Shown here: positions 1 to 9,518 of the stretch, piece after piece | How positions within the stretch are numbered: position 1 is the first letter of the stretch | Layout: each line of letters opens with the position of its first letter | NCBI GenBank assembly: GCA_023898645.1 | Contig: CP060232.1 | Span: 720,001 to 752,000, forward strand | From: Candidatus Saccharimonadota bacterium | Lineage (GTDB): Bacteria > Patescibacteriota > Saccharimonadia > Saccharimonadales > Saccharimonadaceae | DNA length: 32,000 bases | Direction of reading: 5' to 3' | Translations under genes and position numbers: made by a program | Notes under the pieces: model-generated | The model's input: the letters and a program-made list of their open reading frames with translations, nothing else | Told to the model about the DNA's origin: nothing | Database searches by the model: none

Positions 1-762
1 GTTTTTCCTGCAACGCTTGGCCAAGATTTCGCCGGCACCATCGTTGAAGTAGGTGCTAATGTTAGTAACTTCGCAATAGGAGATCGTGTATACGGTACAG
101 CCAACGCCATGTTCGGAGGAAGCGGTGCATTCGCCGAATTTACCCTAGCCGACGTGTCAAATATCGCTCACACACCCGACGAACTTAGCGATGTCGAAGC
201 AGCGTCACTTCCGACGGCAGGAATCAGCGCGCTACAAGCAATCGACACGATGAATGTGCAAAACGGCAACAATGTATTTATAAATGGCGGTTCAGGTGGC
301 GTCGGATCAATCGCAATAGAAATTGCAAAATCCCGTGGAGCCCACGTAGCAACGACAGTCTCAGGTGTTAATATTGATTACACAAAGTCACTTGGCGCCG
401 ATGAAGTAATAGATTATAAAACTGTGCTGTATTCAGATGTTATCCATGATTACGACTCACTTTTAAATAACGTGCGCAGCAACGATAATGACAAGCTTTT
501 GAGAACATTGAAAAAAGGCGGAGTCGCCGTTTCACTCGTCGGACCATTTGACGAGGACTTGGCAAAAAAACTCGGCGTAGCTACATCAGCTCAAATGACA
601 CACATAAACAACGAGTCATTGACTAAGCTGGCGCAGCTGATAGATCAAGGCGTTGTCCATGCAACAATCGACAGAACTTTGTCGCTCAATCAAATCAAAG
701 ATGCCTACGACGCACTCGCAAACGAATCGATCAGAGGAAAAATCGTTATTTCCATACGATAA
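1..762 (+). CDS. NADPH:quinone oxidoreductase / zinc-type alcohol dehydrogenase-like protein (MDR superfamily); 5' end lies outside the window
   Basis: Frame 1 is open from nt 1 (VFPATLGQDFAGTIVEVG...GDRVYG) into the listed ORF 109..762. It has a dinucleotide-binding loop INGGSGGVGSIAIEIAK and a C-terminal ...SIRGKIVI typical of quinone-oxidoreductase-like MDRs. Confidence 0.8.
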   Translation, partial: VFPATLGQDFAGTIVEVGANVSNFAIGDRVYGTANAMFGGSGAFAEFTLADVSNIAHTPDELSDVEAASLPTAGISALQAIDTMNVQNGNNVFINGGSGGVGSIAIEIAKSRGAHVATTVSGVNIDYTKSLGADEVIDYKTVLYSDVIHDYDSLLNNVRSNDNDKLLRTLKKGGVAVSLVGPFDEDLAKKLGVATSAQMTHINNESLTKLAQLIDQGVVHATIDRTLSLNQIKDAYDALANESIRGKIVISIR

Positions 763-913
763 TTTCGTATGTTGAATATTTCACCGTAATACCTCCTTAG
801 AATTGCTACGCTACAAAGTAGAGGTGTACCTTTGATGTGTCATAAAAATCATCAGGGTACATAGTACTTTTCCAAACTACAGCACGACAACACGCAATCA
901 GAAAGGTATCTTG

Positions 914-3244
914 ATGCGCTTCCGGAAAAACACGGAAACGACCATATCGGGACCAGTATTCTACGATGCCAAAGGCAAACGCTGGCATCGTGTCATGGAA
1001 AGCTTGCTTATCATGACCATTGTCATAGCAGCAGCGACATACTGGGCTGCGCCCCAGGCATTAGCGCCCCTTTGGAAGGAGTCGCTACATCAGGGCAACG
1101 GATTTCCGCGACAGCTCGCACATTCGTCAGAGCTAAAAAATATTCCCATACTCGGAACAGGCGACGGTGAAGTCTTGACTCGTATCGTTCGAGTCGAAAA
1201 GGATGGCGATACAGTCAACCTCATCGACCCCTTTACTGGCAACGTTTTGCGAACGGCACAACCTGGAGAAGATGAAGAAATCGGCAATAGTAAATACGCC
1301 CTTGACCACTTCGGGCAACCCGCAGACCATCAACTAATGCTGACGTTCGACGACGGACCCAGCGCCCGTTACACACCGGAAATACTGGATGTACTCGCCA
1401 AAGAGCACGTGCCAGCAACATTCTTTATGGTTGGAGCCAACATTGCAAAGAATCTGGACGTATTCAAGCGTGTCATCCGAGAAGGTCATATGGCGGGCAA
1501 CCACACACTGTTTCATATTGATTTCGACAAGCACTCGGATATCCGAAATCGTGAGGAGCTAATTGCTACCGATCGCATAATGCGAGCGGGCGCAAACTAC
1601 TCGTCACGGCTATTTCGTATGCCTTATGGAGATCCGGATAAAAATGCATTAGCAATGCTCCAGTCTCAACAACTAGGCTACATTCATGTCGACTTCGATC
1701 TTGATACGAAGGACTGGTCATATCCGCCTGGAGCAGACATTCCTGTTCCGCCGCTAGACGGCAAAGGGCATGTCGTTCTAATGCATGATGGCGGCGGAGA
1801 CCGATCGTCGACTGCCATTTTGCTTGAAAAATTCATCCAGGAAGCGAAGCGACAAGGTTACACCTTTAGCACGATTGCGCCGCTATTGCCCGAGGGATAT
1901 GTCCCTACTCACGGAGTAGCGCCGACTACTGCCGACCAAACAACACTACGAACGGTTCAGGTGTTTTGGGTCATTCCTAACAAAATGCTCGGATGGCTAT
2001 TTTGGTTCGGAGTAGGGTCGCTGTCTATCATGTCAGTGCTTTATCTGACACTAGCGCTCGCCAACAACCGTCGTCAGCACAAACGTAATTGGGTTAAAAC
2101 ACTCGACCATCATATGCCACATGTTAGTGTCGTCATGGCAGCATACAACGAAGAGAAGGTGATACGAAAAACCCTTAATACGCTACGCGCTAGCAACTAC
2201 CCGCAGTCCAAGCTTGAGGTAGTTGTCGTCAATGACGGCTCAAAGGACGGCACTCAAAAAGTGCTCGATGATTATGCGAGAAAATGGCCACAGCTTAAAG
2301 TGGTTCATCAGCCAAACGCTGGCAAGTCGTTTGCCATAAATAATGGCATATCACATGCGAGGCCAGAGTCGAAAATCATCGTGACTCTCGATGCAGATAC
2401 GTTGTTTGAACCGCAAACAATCCGTCTGTTGGTGCGACACTTCGTCAAGAAAAGTCACCGTCAGGATTCTAAGCCAGTTGGCGCGGTCGCAGGCCACGTG
2501 AAAGTCGGTAATCGTCGTAATATCATTACAGCATGGCAAAGCCTGGAATACATTTCAGGAATTTGCGTGACACGATTAGCGGAAGGAGCTATGGGTGCAA
2601 TTGCTATAGTCCCCGGCGCATGTTCCGCCTGGAGCCGTCGCGCGTTAGAGCAAATCGGTGGGTTGTCAGAAGATACGTTAGCCGAAGATGCTGATGCAAC
2701 TCTTCAACTACATCAGCTTGGGTACAGCGTGCTCCAAGAAAACACTGCCGTTGCTTACACTGAAGCGCCGGAATCAATCCGCACTCTGGCGAAGCAACGG
2801 TTGCGTTGGACTTACGGCAACGTCCAAGTACTTTGGAAGCATCGTTCGATGTTGATGCGACCAAAGTATGGGATGCTCGGGATGATTGCGCTACCATATG
2901 CGCTATTGTCTTTGATCGTTCCACTAATCTTCCTACCGTCGACGGTCATCGCAGCTGTCATCGGCTTGGCAAACGGTAACTGGCATAGCGTCGTGCTGTT
3001 CGCGGTATTTGTAATGACACTCCATATGGTCATATCGATTGTTGCGATAGTAGTAGCTCGAGAGCGAGCATGGCATCTACTAATCGTACCGATCTATCGA
3101 CTTATCTATGAGCCACTAAGAGCATACCTTTTGTACGCATCCTTATTACGGATACTACGAGGTACAGCTGCCAAGTGGAACAAGCTGGAGCGTCTTAACA
3201 GTGCCGCACTACAATCCCGCAGTAAGCTACCAGTAGCATCATAA
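914..3244 (+). CDS. Bifunctional polysaccharide deacetylase (CE4/NodB) / family 2 glycosyltransferase, membrane-embedded exopolysaccharide synthase
   Basis: ATG at 914; the ORF track starts at the in-frame TTG at 911. An N-terminal TM helix is followed by CE4 motifs LTFDDGP, GNHTLFH and RMPYG. The second half has GT2 motifs VVNDGSKDGT, LDADT (DxD) and QRLRW (QxxRW), flanked by several TM helices. Confidence 0.85.
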   Translation: MRFRKNTETTISGPVFYDAKGKRWHRVMESLLIMTIVIAAATYWAAPQALAPLWKESLHQGNGFPRQLAHSSELKNIPILGTGDGEVLTRIVRVEKDGDTVNLIDPFTGNVLRTAQPGEDEEIGNSKYALDHFGQPADHQLMLTFDDGPSARYTPEILDVLAKEHVPATFFMVGANIAKNLDVFKRVIREGHMAGNHTLFHIDFDKHSDIRNREELIATDRIMRAGANYSSRLFRMPYGDPDKNALAMLQSQQLGYIHVDFDLDTKDWSYPPGADIPVPPLDGKGHVVLMHDGGGDRSSTAILLEKFIQEAKRQGYTFSTIAPLLPEGYVPTHGVAPTTADQTTLRTVQVFWVIPNKMLGWLFWFGVGSLSIMSVLYLTLALANNRRQHKRNWVKTLDHHMPHVSVVMAAYNEEKVIRKTLNTLRASNYPQSKLEVVVVNDGSKDGTQKVLDDYARKWPQLKVVHQPNAGKSFAINNGISHARPESKIIVTLDADTLFEPQTIRLLVRHFVKKSHRQDSKPVGAVAGHVKVGNRRNIITAWQSLEYISGICVTRLAEGAMGAIAIVPGACSAWSRRALEQIGGLSEDTLAEDADATLQLHQLGYSVLQENTAVAYTEAPESIRTLAKQRLRWTYGNVQVLWKHRSMLMRPKYGMLGMIALPYALLSLIVPLIFLPSTVIAAVIGLANGNWHSVVLFAVFVMTLHMVISIVAIVVARERAWHLLIVPIYRLIYEPLRAYLLYASLLRILRGTAAKWNKLERLNSAALQSRSKLPVAS

Positions 3245-3253
3245 CCTGCGGGC

Positions 3254-3290
3254 GGGGCTTGCATGGCTAAAACCATGTAAGCCCCTTTTT
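3254..3290 (+). terminator. Rho-independent terminator of the CE4-GT2 gene
   Basis: 13-bp stem (GGGGCTTGCATGG / CCATGTAAGCCCC, one G-U pair), 6-nt loop, then TTTTT at 3286-3290. Confidence 0.85.
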
Positions 3291-3328
3291 CTATGCAAAT
3301 AAAACGACAAGGGTGTATTATAGCCTCA

Positions 3329-4261
3329 ATGACCGAGGCGTTATCAATTTCCGTAGACATAGACTCTAAAGAAAACAACAGGTCATTCGATGTGCTCGAG
3401 ACTTTATGTAATCCTGAGTTTGTTCAAGCATGGATTGACGCTGAAAAACATCTCAACGCCTTGTCGGCAAACAAGTCGGAACGACTAGATCAGCACCTTG
3501 ACGAATACAAATTAAAACTAAATCAGCTGCTCGAAGCCGATGAACTTATCTACCATCCGGCCGTCGCAACAGGTGCAGCGTATGCCATCGGCAAGAGCGG
3601 CTTAGACAAGTTTTATTTACACGACAAGATTACCCTCGACAACGTAGCATTACGGTACGGCGGTATCGATTTTGCCCCCATCCAGAACAGAAATGAAATT
3701 AAATATTGTGCCGCTTTTCAATTACTGCCGCTCAGTCAGTCAAATGATACGCACCATTATTGCGCGCCAATCGAAGACATTACCAAGCTTGAATTGCCAG
3801 ACCATCAAGTCCCAGATTTCAACCCGAATCAAATACAGAATGTTCTCAGAAATATATTGAATGACAGCAAACATTTTCGAGAAGATGAATCATTCAAGGC
3901 GAAAACACGAATGGAAAGAATGGTAGAAATCGAGGAAATGGCAATGAGATATACTGATGAACTGTCCTCCTTTATAAATCAGTACGTGCCTCTCTTGATA
4001 GATACAGACCGCTACGCCACATACAGCCCGGCTCTATCAAAAAAAGCCGACAATCGTACGCAACAAAATAAAGACCCACGAAGTCGTCATATTATTTCAG
4101 GGTGTTTAGTAGAAGTTACCTTCAGAACGCTTCAAGCGCTCAACCCGAATGTAGCACCTCTACTCGTCATCAATAACACTGAAAATGGAACCACGTACGA
4201 AATGCCGCTCGATGCAACACTCGAGCATTTCATACCGCTGCATACTACTGTTTACCGTTAA
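3329..4261 (+). CDS. Hypothetical protein, no recognisable motifs
   Basis: Long ORF (track start 3293). ATG 3329 (MTEALS...) is preferred because 3293 sits 3 nt after the upstream terminator T-tract and TATTAT (3316-3321) lies 7 nt before 3329. No signal peptide or TM helix seen. The 3' end overlaps the convergent gnd-like gene by 17 nt. Confidence 0.6.
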   Translation: MTEALSISVDIDSKENNRSFDVLETLCNPEFVQAWIDAEKHLNALSANKSERLDQHLDEYKLKLNQLLEADELIYHPAVATGAAYAIGKSGLDKFYLHDKITLDNVALRYGGIDFAPIQNRNEIKYCAAFQLLPLSQSNDTHHYCAPIEDITKLELPDHQVPDFNPNQIQNVLRNILNDSKHFREDESFKAKTRMERMVEIEEMAMRYTDELSSFINQYVPLLIDTDRYATYSPALSKKADNRTQQNKDPRSRHIISGCLVEVTFRTLQALNPNVAPLLVINNTENGTTYEMPLDATLEHFIPLHTTVYR

Positions 4262-5153
4262 TGTCGTGGCCGCCGAATTTGGCACGCATGGCAGCAAGAA
4301 GCTTTGTCGCAAAGTTAATCTCACCGTTTTGCGATTCTAGGCGAACGTCAAATGACGCTTGAATTGCCGGCATTGGAATGTCCAGCTCCTTAGCCGTTTC
4401 TAGTGTCCAGCGAGCTTCGCCAGACTCGGCAACAACGCCGCTAATTCCATCTAATTCGGGGTTTTCATGTAAGGCCTGACGTGTCAGGTCATTGAGCCAA
4501 CTAGTAACAACGCTCGACTGCTGCCAGACATCTCCAGCTGCTGCCAAATCTAAGTTAGGGTAGGGACCTTCGCGAAGTACACGATAGCCCTCTGCCAGAG
4601 ACTGCATCATACCATATTCAATTGCGTTATGGACCATTTTGACAAAGTGACCAGTACCGTTTTCGCCAAAATGCGCATGACCGCCACGTGGCTTGGCAAG
4701 TGTATCGAGCGCAGGTACGACAGTTTCGTAGGCATCCTGGTCGCCGCCAACCATCATCGAGAAACCATTTTCAAGGCCCCACACGCCGCCACTGGTGCCG
4801 ATGTCGAGTAGTTGACTGCCCGCAGCCGAAACTCGCTCAGCACGTGCCTTGTCGCCACGATAATCGCTATTGCCGCCGTCGATGATGACGCTGCCTTTGG
4901 GCAAAATTTGCAGCCATTCATCAATCTTGCTATCGATAACGTCTGCCGGAAGCATAATCCAAAGTACTACTGGCTCGCCGTCGAACGCATCGATGACGTC
5001 TTGATCCGCGTAGGCTGGCAACGCGCCGTACTCTTTCGCTTCATCAACTTTTTCAGCGCTTCTATTGTGCGCCACGACGGTGTGTCCGTCATCATATAGT
5101 TTTCGAGCGATTTGACCGCCCATTCGTCCGAGTCCCGAGATTGCAATTTTCAT
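4245..5153 (-). CDS. gnd: 6-phosphogluconate dehydrogenase (decarboxylating), short ~300-aa form
   Basis: N-terminal Rossmann loop ISGLGRMGGQIARKL, plus GGNSDYRGD and HFVKMVHNAIEYGMMQ motifs characteristic of 6PGDH. Length fits the GntZ/YqeC-like short form. Confidence 0.85.
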   Translation of the reverse strand: MKIAISGLGRMGGQIARKLYDDGHTVVAHNRSAEKVDEAKEYGALPAYADQDVIDAFDGEPVVLWIMLPADVIDSKIDEWLQILPKGSVIIDGGNSDYRGDKARAERVSAAGSQLLDIGTSGGVWGLENGFSMMVGGDQDAYETVVPALDTLAKPRGGHAHFGENGTGHFVKMVHNAIEYGMMQSLAEGYRVLREGPYPNLDLAAAGDVWQQSSVVTSWLNDLTRQALHENPELDGISGVVAESGEARWTLETAKELDIPMPAIQASFDVRLESQNGEINFATKLLAAMRAKFGGHDINGKQ

Positions 5154-5166
5154 ATAAACTATTGTA

Positions 5167-7140
5167 TCACTTGCGACGTAATATTAACGCGGTACGCGTA
5201 GGAAGGTACAGCTTTATTCGATCGTCGGCAACATATGTCATCAAGACATCTAATCTATCAAAACCTCCAAACGCCGGATTATCAGTTGAGAGTACGACTT
5301 CATACTCGCCGCTAGGCACCCTTATGCCGTAATCAGTGAATGATTTTGTTGGGTGGAAATTATAGACGAATAATAAATCACCACGCATAAATGCAAGAAC
5401 GTGATCGCCGTCATTTGTCAGCACATACTCCGCATCGCCTTGCACTTCCTGAATAACCCGGAGCATAGATTTGTCAAAATCAGCGAGATAATGATATTTC
5501 AATTTTTGATCGTCTGCCAAGCTCCATTGTCGTCGCGCGTATTTATACGACCAGTCGTTGCCCTCGCGCGGGAAATCAATCCATTCAGGATGGCCGAACT
5601 CATTCCCCATAAAATTCAAATACCCGCCATGATGCATACTTGCAGTTAATAGCCGAATCATTTTGTGGAGCGCCAAAGCTCGATCGATGTTTATATTTTC
5701 ATCATCAACCATCATATGGTCATATATATCTTTATCAGCTAAGCGAAACACCAGCGTCTTGTCGCCAACAAGTGCCTGATCGTGACTTTCCGTATAATTA
5801 ATCGTTTTCTCCTCGGGTCGGTGCTGATTGAGTTCATGAAACAATTCAGACACATGCCACTGCTCGTCCTTTTTTTCTTTGACATATTTGATCCACAAAT
5901 CCGGAACACCCATGCTCAAGCGATAATCGAAGCCAAAGCCTCCATCCTTAATTGGCGCAGCGAGACCCGGCATGCCACTCATGTCTTCGGCAATCGTCAA
6001 CGCGCCAGGTTTCACTTTATGAATCAGTTCGTTTGCCAGTGTTAGATACGCCGCGGCATCCGCATCGGTATCCTGAAAATACATATCATAACTATCAAAC
6101 GCCCGCTCTAAGCCATGATGCGTATACAACATACTCGTCACACCGTCAAAGCGATAGCCATCAACATGAAATTCGTCCAACCAATACCGACAGTTGCTCA
6201 ACAGAAAATGCACCACTTCAGACTTGCCATAATCAAACACGCGAGAATCCCATTGACTATGATGGCCTCGATCGCCCTCATGAAAGAACTGTGTCAACGT
6301 TCCATCATAGCGGCTAATGCCTTCATTTTCGTTCTTAACGGCATGCGAGTGAACGATATCCATGATGACGCGAAGCCCGGCCCGATGAGCCGCATCAACC
6401 AATGCTCGAAAATCATCTGGCGTACCGAAACGTGAACTTGGCGCAAAAAAGCTCGAGACATGATAACCGAAACTACCATAGTAGGGATGTTCGGCAACCG
6501 CCATTAACTGAATGGTGTCGTAACCAGCGGCTTTAATTCGCGGGATGATTGTTTTTGTAAATTCCTTATAGGTGCTGACGGTTTCTTTTTCGCTACTCAT
6601 ACCCACATGCGCTTCATATATACGCGGTAAGCCAACTGACGGCACGAAGTTTACATCATGCCATTGATACGGTTTTGTCGGCTCCCATACTACTGCGTCA
6701 AATAATTTCGTAGCAGGATCTTGCACGACATACGTCGCCCACGCCGGTATACGATACCCATTTCCGCCATTCCAATGCATATGTAGTTTGTAATGGTCGA
6801 GATGGTTCAGGGCAATCGCGGGCAATCGCAGCTCCCACTCTCCGTGCTCTTTTTTCTCAAACGCATAAGCAGGGTCGTCTCTCCATTTTGAAAAATCACC
6901 ATGTAAATATAGTTGCGTTGCGGCAGGAGCCCATTCTCGCAGCACCCAGCCATTGTTTGTACGATGCAGTCCGAAGTACTGATACCCAAAAGCAAAACCG
7001 CTGACGGATCTCCCATCAAGAATCCGCTTGGCGTAGCTAGCGGCGTACTTCAATCGGGCCTGCAATTTGCTACGGTACGGAGCAAGCCATGGGTCGACCG
7101 TCGAAAGACGCTCGTCGGCAGGAAAATAAGGTGAAGTCAT
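5167..7140 (-). CDS. glgB: 1,4-alpha-glucan branching enzyme, GH13 eukaryote-type (GH13_8-like)
   Basis: GH13 conserved regions are present: DIVHSH (I), GYRFDGVTSM (II), IAEDMSGMP (III), YTESHDQ (IV). ATG 7140 (MTSPYF...) is preferred over the track start 7191, which is a GTG lying inside the neighbouring gene's terminator hairpin. Confidence 0.9.
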   Translation of the reverse strand: MTSPYFPADERLSTVDPWLAPYRSKLQARLKYAASYAKRILDGRSVSGFAFGYQYFGLHRTNNGWVLREWAPAATQLYLHGDFSKWRDDPAYAFEKKEHGEWELRLPAIALNHLDHYKLHMHWNGGNGYRIPAWATYVVQDPATKLFDAVVWEPTKPYQWHDVNFVPSVGLPRIYEAHVGMSSEKETVSTYKEFTKTIIPRIKAAGYDTIQLMAVAEHPYYGSFGYHVSSFFAPSSRFGTPDDFRALVDAAHRAGLRVIMDIVHSHAVKNENEGISRYDGTLTQFFHEGDRGHHSQWDSRVFDYGKSEVVHFLLSNCRYWLDEFHVDGYRFDGVTSMLYTHHGLERAFDSYDMYFQDTDADAAAYLTLANELIHKVKPGALTIAEDMSGMPGLAAPIKDGGFGFDYRLSMGVPDLWIKYVKEKKDEQWHVSELFHELNQHRPEEKTINYTESHDQALVGDKTLVFRLADKDIYDHMMVDDENINIDRALALHKMIRLLTASMHHGGYLNFMGNEFGHPEWIDFPREGNDWSYKYARRQWSLADDQKLKYHYLADFDKSMLRVIQEVQGDAEYVLTNDGDHVLAFMRGDLLFVYNFHPTKSFTDYGIRVPSGEYEVVLSTDNPAFGGFDRLDVLMTYVADDRIKLYLPTRTALILRRK

Positions 7141-7180
7141 TAGCTTTATGATACCACGCAAGACGCTCGACAAAAGCAAT

Positions 7181-7203
7181 GCCCGTGGCACGCGGCCACG
7201 GGC
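7181..7203 (-). terminator. Putative terminator hairpin downstream of hydrolase paralog 1
   Basis: GCCCGTGGC / GCCACGGGC 9-bp stem with a 5-nt loop. On the minus strand it is followed by ATTGCTTTTG, a weak U-tract. Confidence 0.5.
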
Positions 7204-7222
7204 AAATACTCTATCCGCTTAT

Positions 7223-8047
7223 TTAGCGATACTCTGGTGGAATTGGTACCAGTGTTGCACCCTGAGGTACTGGAATTGTACCGTCATACACTAGGTAGGT
7301 GACACCGTTCTCTGTAAATGCCTCGTCTGGCACTTCGCTAGGACTGATGACGCGGTGATTTTGGATGTTAAGACCATCGTTGATGATCTTGCCGATATCA
7401 CCGGCAGCGTTAGATGCCCATACATCATTCGCATCAAGCTTTTCAACCGTACCAGGGACCGGTGGAGTCTCTTGTATACCAAGAGAATCTGTGATGGGTT
7501 TAAACGATTGCGCTATAGGGCTTGCCAAAATTCCTGCAGAGCCGTTACCGTCACCAGAATTCATGACGTTGACGTAAATACCTTGGTTAGCCAAGTCAGC
7601 CGCTGCTCCGTTGGTTACAAAGGCGCCTTCAGAAAAGCCGTAAAGTGTGATGTCGGCACCTGAATGTGCATAGACACTAGCCTCAACCGCACTGATTCCC
7701 ATAGCAACAGACTGATTCGTTGGAACATTACCGACAATTGGACCCATCTGCGCAGGGTAGTTCACGTCAATAACCTCTTCACCCTGATACAATGTTCCGT
7801 TGTTCCATAGTTCATGCTCAAGTCCCTGACTAGTACCGTCTCCAGCACCGCCGACGATAATTGCAACATCGTAACCACTAGCTTGTGCAACACCTTCACT
7901 CATGAACAGACCTGCGCCAACTGCGGTAAGACCAACAGCGAGAGCTCCCACGCACTTCTTTAATGTGAGCCTCTTTTCGTTATCACTCTTCTCAGCAAAA
8001 TTGCTAAGATTATTCGTTTCGCCAGCTGATATGATCTGCCTTGGCAT
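7223..8047 (-). CDS. Secreted GxSxG alpha/beta-hydrolase-like protein, PE-PPE/cutinase-like family, paralog 1 (274 aa)
   Basis: Signal-peptide-like N-terminus ending AQA|SG. It carries the shared motif series VGGAGDG, VNYPAQMGP, YGFSEGA, PVPGT, DANDVWA and QNHR, in the same order as the three genes that follow. Confidence 0.7.
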   Translation of the reverse strand: MPRQIISAGETNNLSNFAEKSDNEKRLTLKKCVGALAVGLTAVGAGLFMSEGVAQASGYDVAIIVGGAGDGTSQGLEHELWNNGTLYQGEEVIDVNYPAQMGPIVGNVPTNQSVAMGISAVEASVYAHSGADITLYGFSEGAFVTNGAAADLANQGIYVNVMNSGDGNGSAGILASPIAQSFKPITDSLGIQETPPVPGTVEKLDANDVWASNAAGDIGKIINDGLNIQNHRVISPSEVPDEAFTENGVTYLVYDGTIPVPQGATLVPIPPEYR

Positions 8048-8332
8048 AATACAAACCCCTATTCCGCCCCCCCAGTTATTCGTTGTGAAGTGAGCATATT
8101 ATACTATTGCATCAATGTCAATATTATAATTATTACATTTTCTCAAAGGGGCAAATTATGGTAGTTACGGTGTTAAATTTATGCGACAATATCACATTTT
8201 CGATACAGCTAATACTGCTTTTAACGGATTGATATTGGGAGGATGCACTTTTGACAACAGTCTATATTAATGTAATTAGTATAAGCTTTATAAACCACCA
8301 CTTCACCGTTACTTGCTCAATACAAATAAAAA

Positions 8333-8369
8333 ACAATAACCCATCACATAGCCGGCAATGGGTTATTGT
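8333..8369 (-). terminator. Rho-independent terminator of paralog 2
   Basis: 12-bp perfect stem ACAATAACCCAT / ATGGGTTATTGT with a 13-nt loop. On the minus strand it is followed by TTTTTATTTG. Confidence 0.75.
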
Positions 8370-8408
8370 CACGATACGACGCTAAGTTACAGATCAACTT
8401 GCGATGGA

Positions 8409-9518
8409 TCAGTGGTGCGCAAACGTCGTAGGCTTTGCCACGAGCTGCACATTCGGAGTCACTGTTCCATGACCCGTATTAATCACATGCTTAGTTATTG
8501 TTGAGGCCGCAGATGAAACTTGGCTTGTGGCGTTCTGGACTGCTTGACCAGACGAAGCAACGCTATTCGTAACGGCGGTCGTCACGTCATTTACGACTGA
8601 TTTCACTGCCGACTCTACATTACTCTTAGACTCGTGGCGACTCTTGATTACGTTTAGCTTCTTCGTAGGATCTGGCTGCGGAGCAATGGTATTAAAGAAT
8701 GCATCACCAATAAATGTCGGATCAGCACCTGCCTCACGAATTGCACGGCTAATACCGTTAGTGTCGCTACCAAAGACATTGTAGGTTACGCCATCAACCA
8801 CGACAGTCTGATGCGGCTCGCCAGGAAATGGCATGCGATGGTCCTGAGGAATTCTGGCCATCTTGGTAATTTGGTCGCCAAGATTAAACGGATCAACGTT
8901 ACCAGTTGCATACCAGTCACCCTTGTCAAGATTCACAACAGTACCAGGAACTGGGTGAATCTGATTCGGACCAGGAATACCGATTAAGCCGGTAATAGGG
9001 CTGATAACACCTGCGAGTGGATGGTCTAGTAGACCAATTGGCGTCGTTGCATCGCCGGCAGTTTCAGGGTGGAAGTTAGCTGGTAGTTGACCGCCGTTTT
9101 CGGCAGCAAGACGCATACTAGCTTGATCAACACCAACAGCACCCTCAGAGAATCCATACGCACGAACACTCGGGTCTCCTTGATGTCGATGGTAGAAATC
9201 AACGATCTGGTTTGCTTGATCGTTGACCGAGTCAATCATTCGCTCGTTACCACAAACAGGAGCCAGAGCGCCAGACCACTGAACCTGGTAATTGTCAGCG
9301 CCATAGTCATACGTACCAGCTTGCTTAGCATGATCAACTGGGAACTGACTAGCACCGTCACATGCACCACCAACATACACGGTAGGGTCGGCGTTCGCTA
9401 CGGCGGTGCTATTAAAAATAAACCCTACAAGCGCAGCGCTAGCCAAACCGACTTTTACTGAACGTTTCAAGACGTCACTGTTCATATTTTTTTCTAAAGC
9501 GGGCCTATACTCGGCCAT
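8409..9518 (-). CDS. Secreted GxSxG alpha/beta-hydrolase-like protein, PE-PPE/cutinase-like family, paralog 2 (369 aa)
   Basis: N-terminus MAEYRPALEK..., hydrophobic core, then ANA|DP cleavage-like site. Motifs VGGACDG, WSGALAPVCG, YGFSEGA, HPVPGT, DKGDWYA and QDHR are present. The C-terminal tail is Ser/Thr/Val-rich. Confidence 0.7.
   Translation of the reverse strand: MAEYRPALEKNMNSDVLKRSVKVGLASAALVGFIFNSTAVANADPTVYVGGACDGASQFPVDHAKQAGTYDYGADNYQVQWSGALAPVCGNERMIDSVNDQANQIVDFYHRHQGDPSVRAYGFSEGAVGVDQASMRLAAENGGQLPANFHPETAGDATTPIGLLDHPLAGVISPITGLIGIPGPNQIHPVPGTVVNLDKGDWYATGNVDPFNLGDQITKMARIPQDHRMPFPGEPHQTVVVDGVTYNVFGSDTNGISRAIREAGADPTFIGDAFFNTIAPQPDPTKKLNVIKSRHESKSNVESAVKSVVNDVTTAVTNSVASSGQAVQNATSQVSSAASTITKHVINTGHGTVTPNVQLVAKPTTFAHH

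Noticed and set aside
806-988. Minus-strand 60-aa ORF spanning the start region of the CE4-GT2 gene.
   Set aside because: It overlaps the 5' end and upstream region of a well-supported gene. It has no ribosome-binding site and no recognisable features.
7141-7191. Longer start (GTG 7191) for the branching enzyme.
   Set aside because: The GTG lies inside the GCCCGTGGC/GCCACGGGC hairpin that follows the upstream gene. The extra 17 residues (MPRALLLSSVLRGIIKL) are not part of GH13 branching enzymes as I know them. ATG 7140 is preferred.
8158-8232. A 24-codon ORF (MVVTVLNLCDNITFSIQLILLLTD) with AAAGGGG 7 nt upstream, in the AT-rich spacer between paralogs 1 and 2.
   Set aside because: It is far too short to distinguish from chance in AT-rich sequence, and I have no conservation information. 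It is noted only as a possible micro-ORF.
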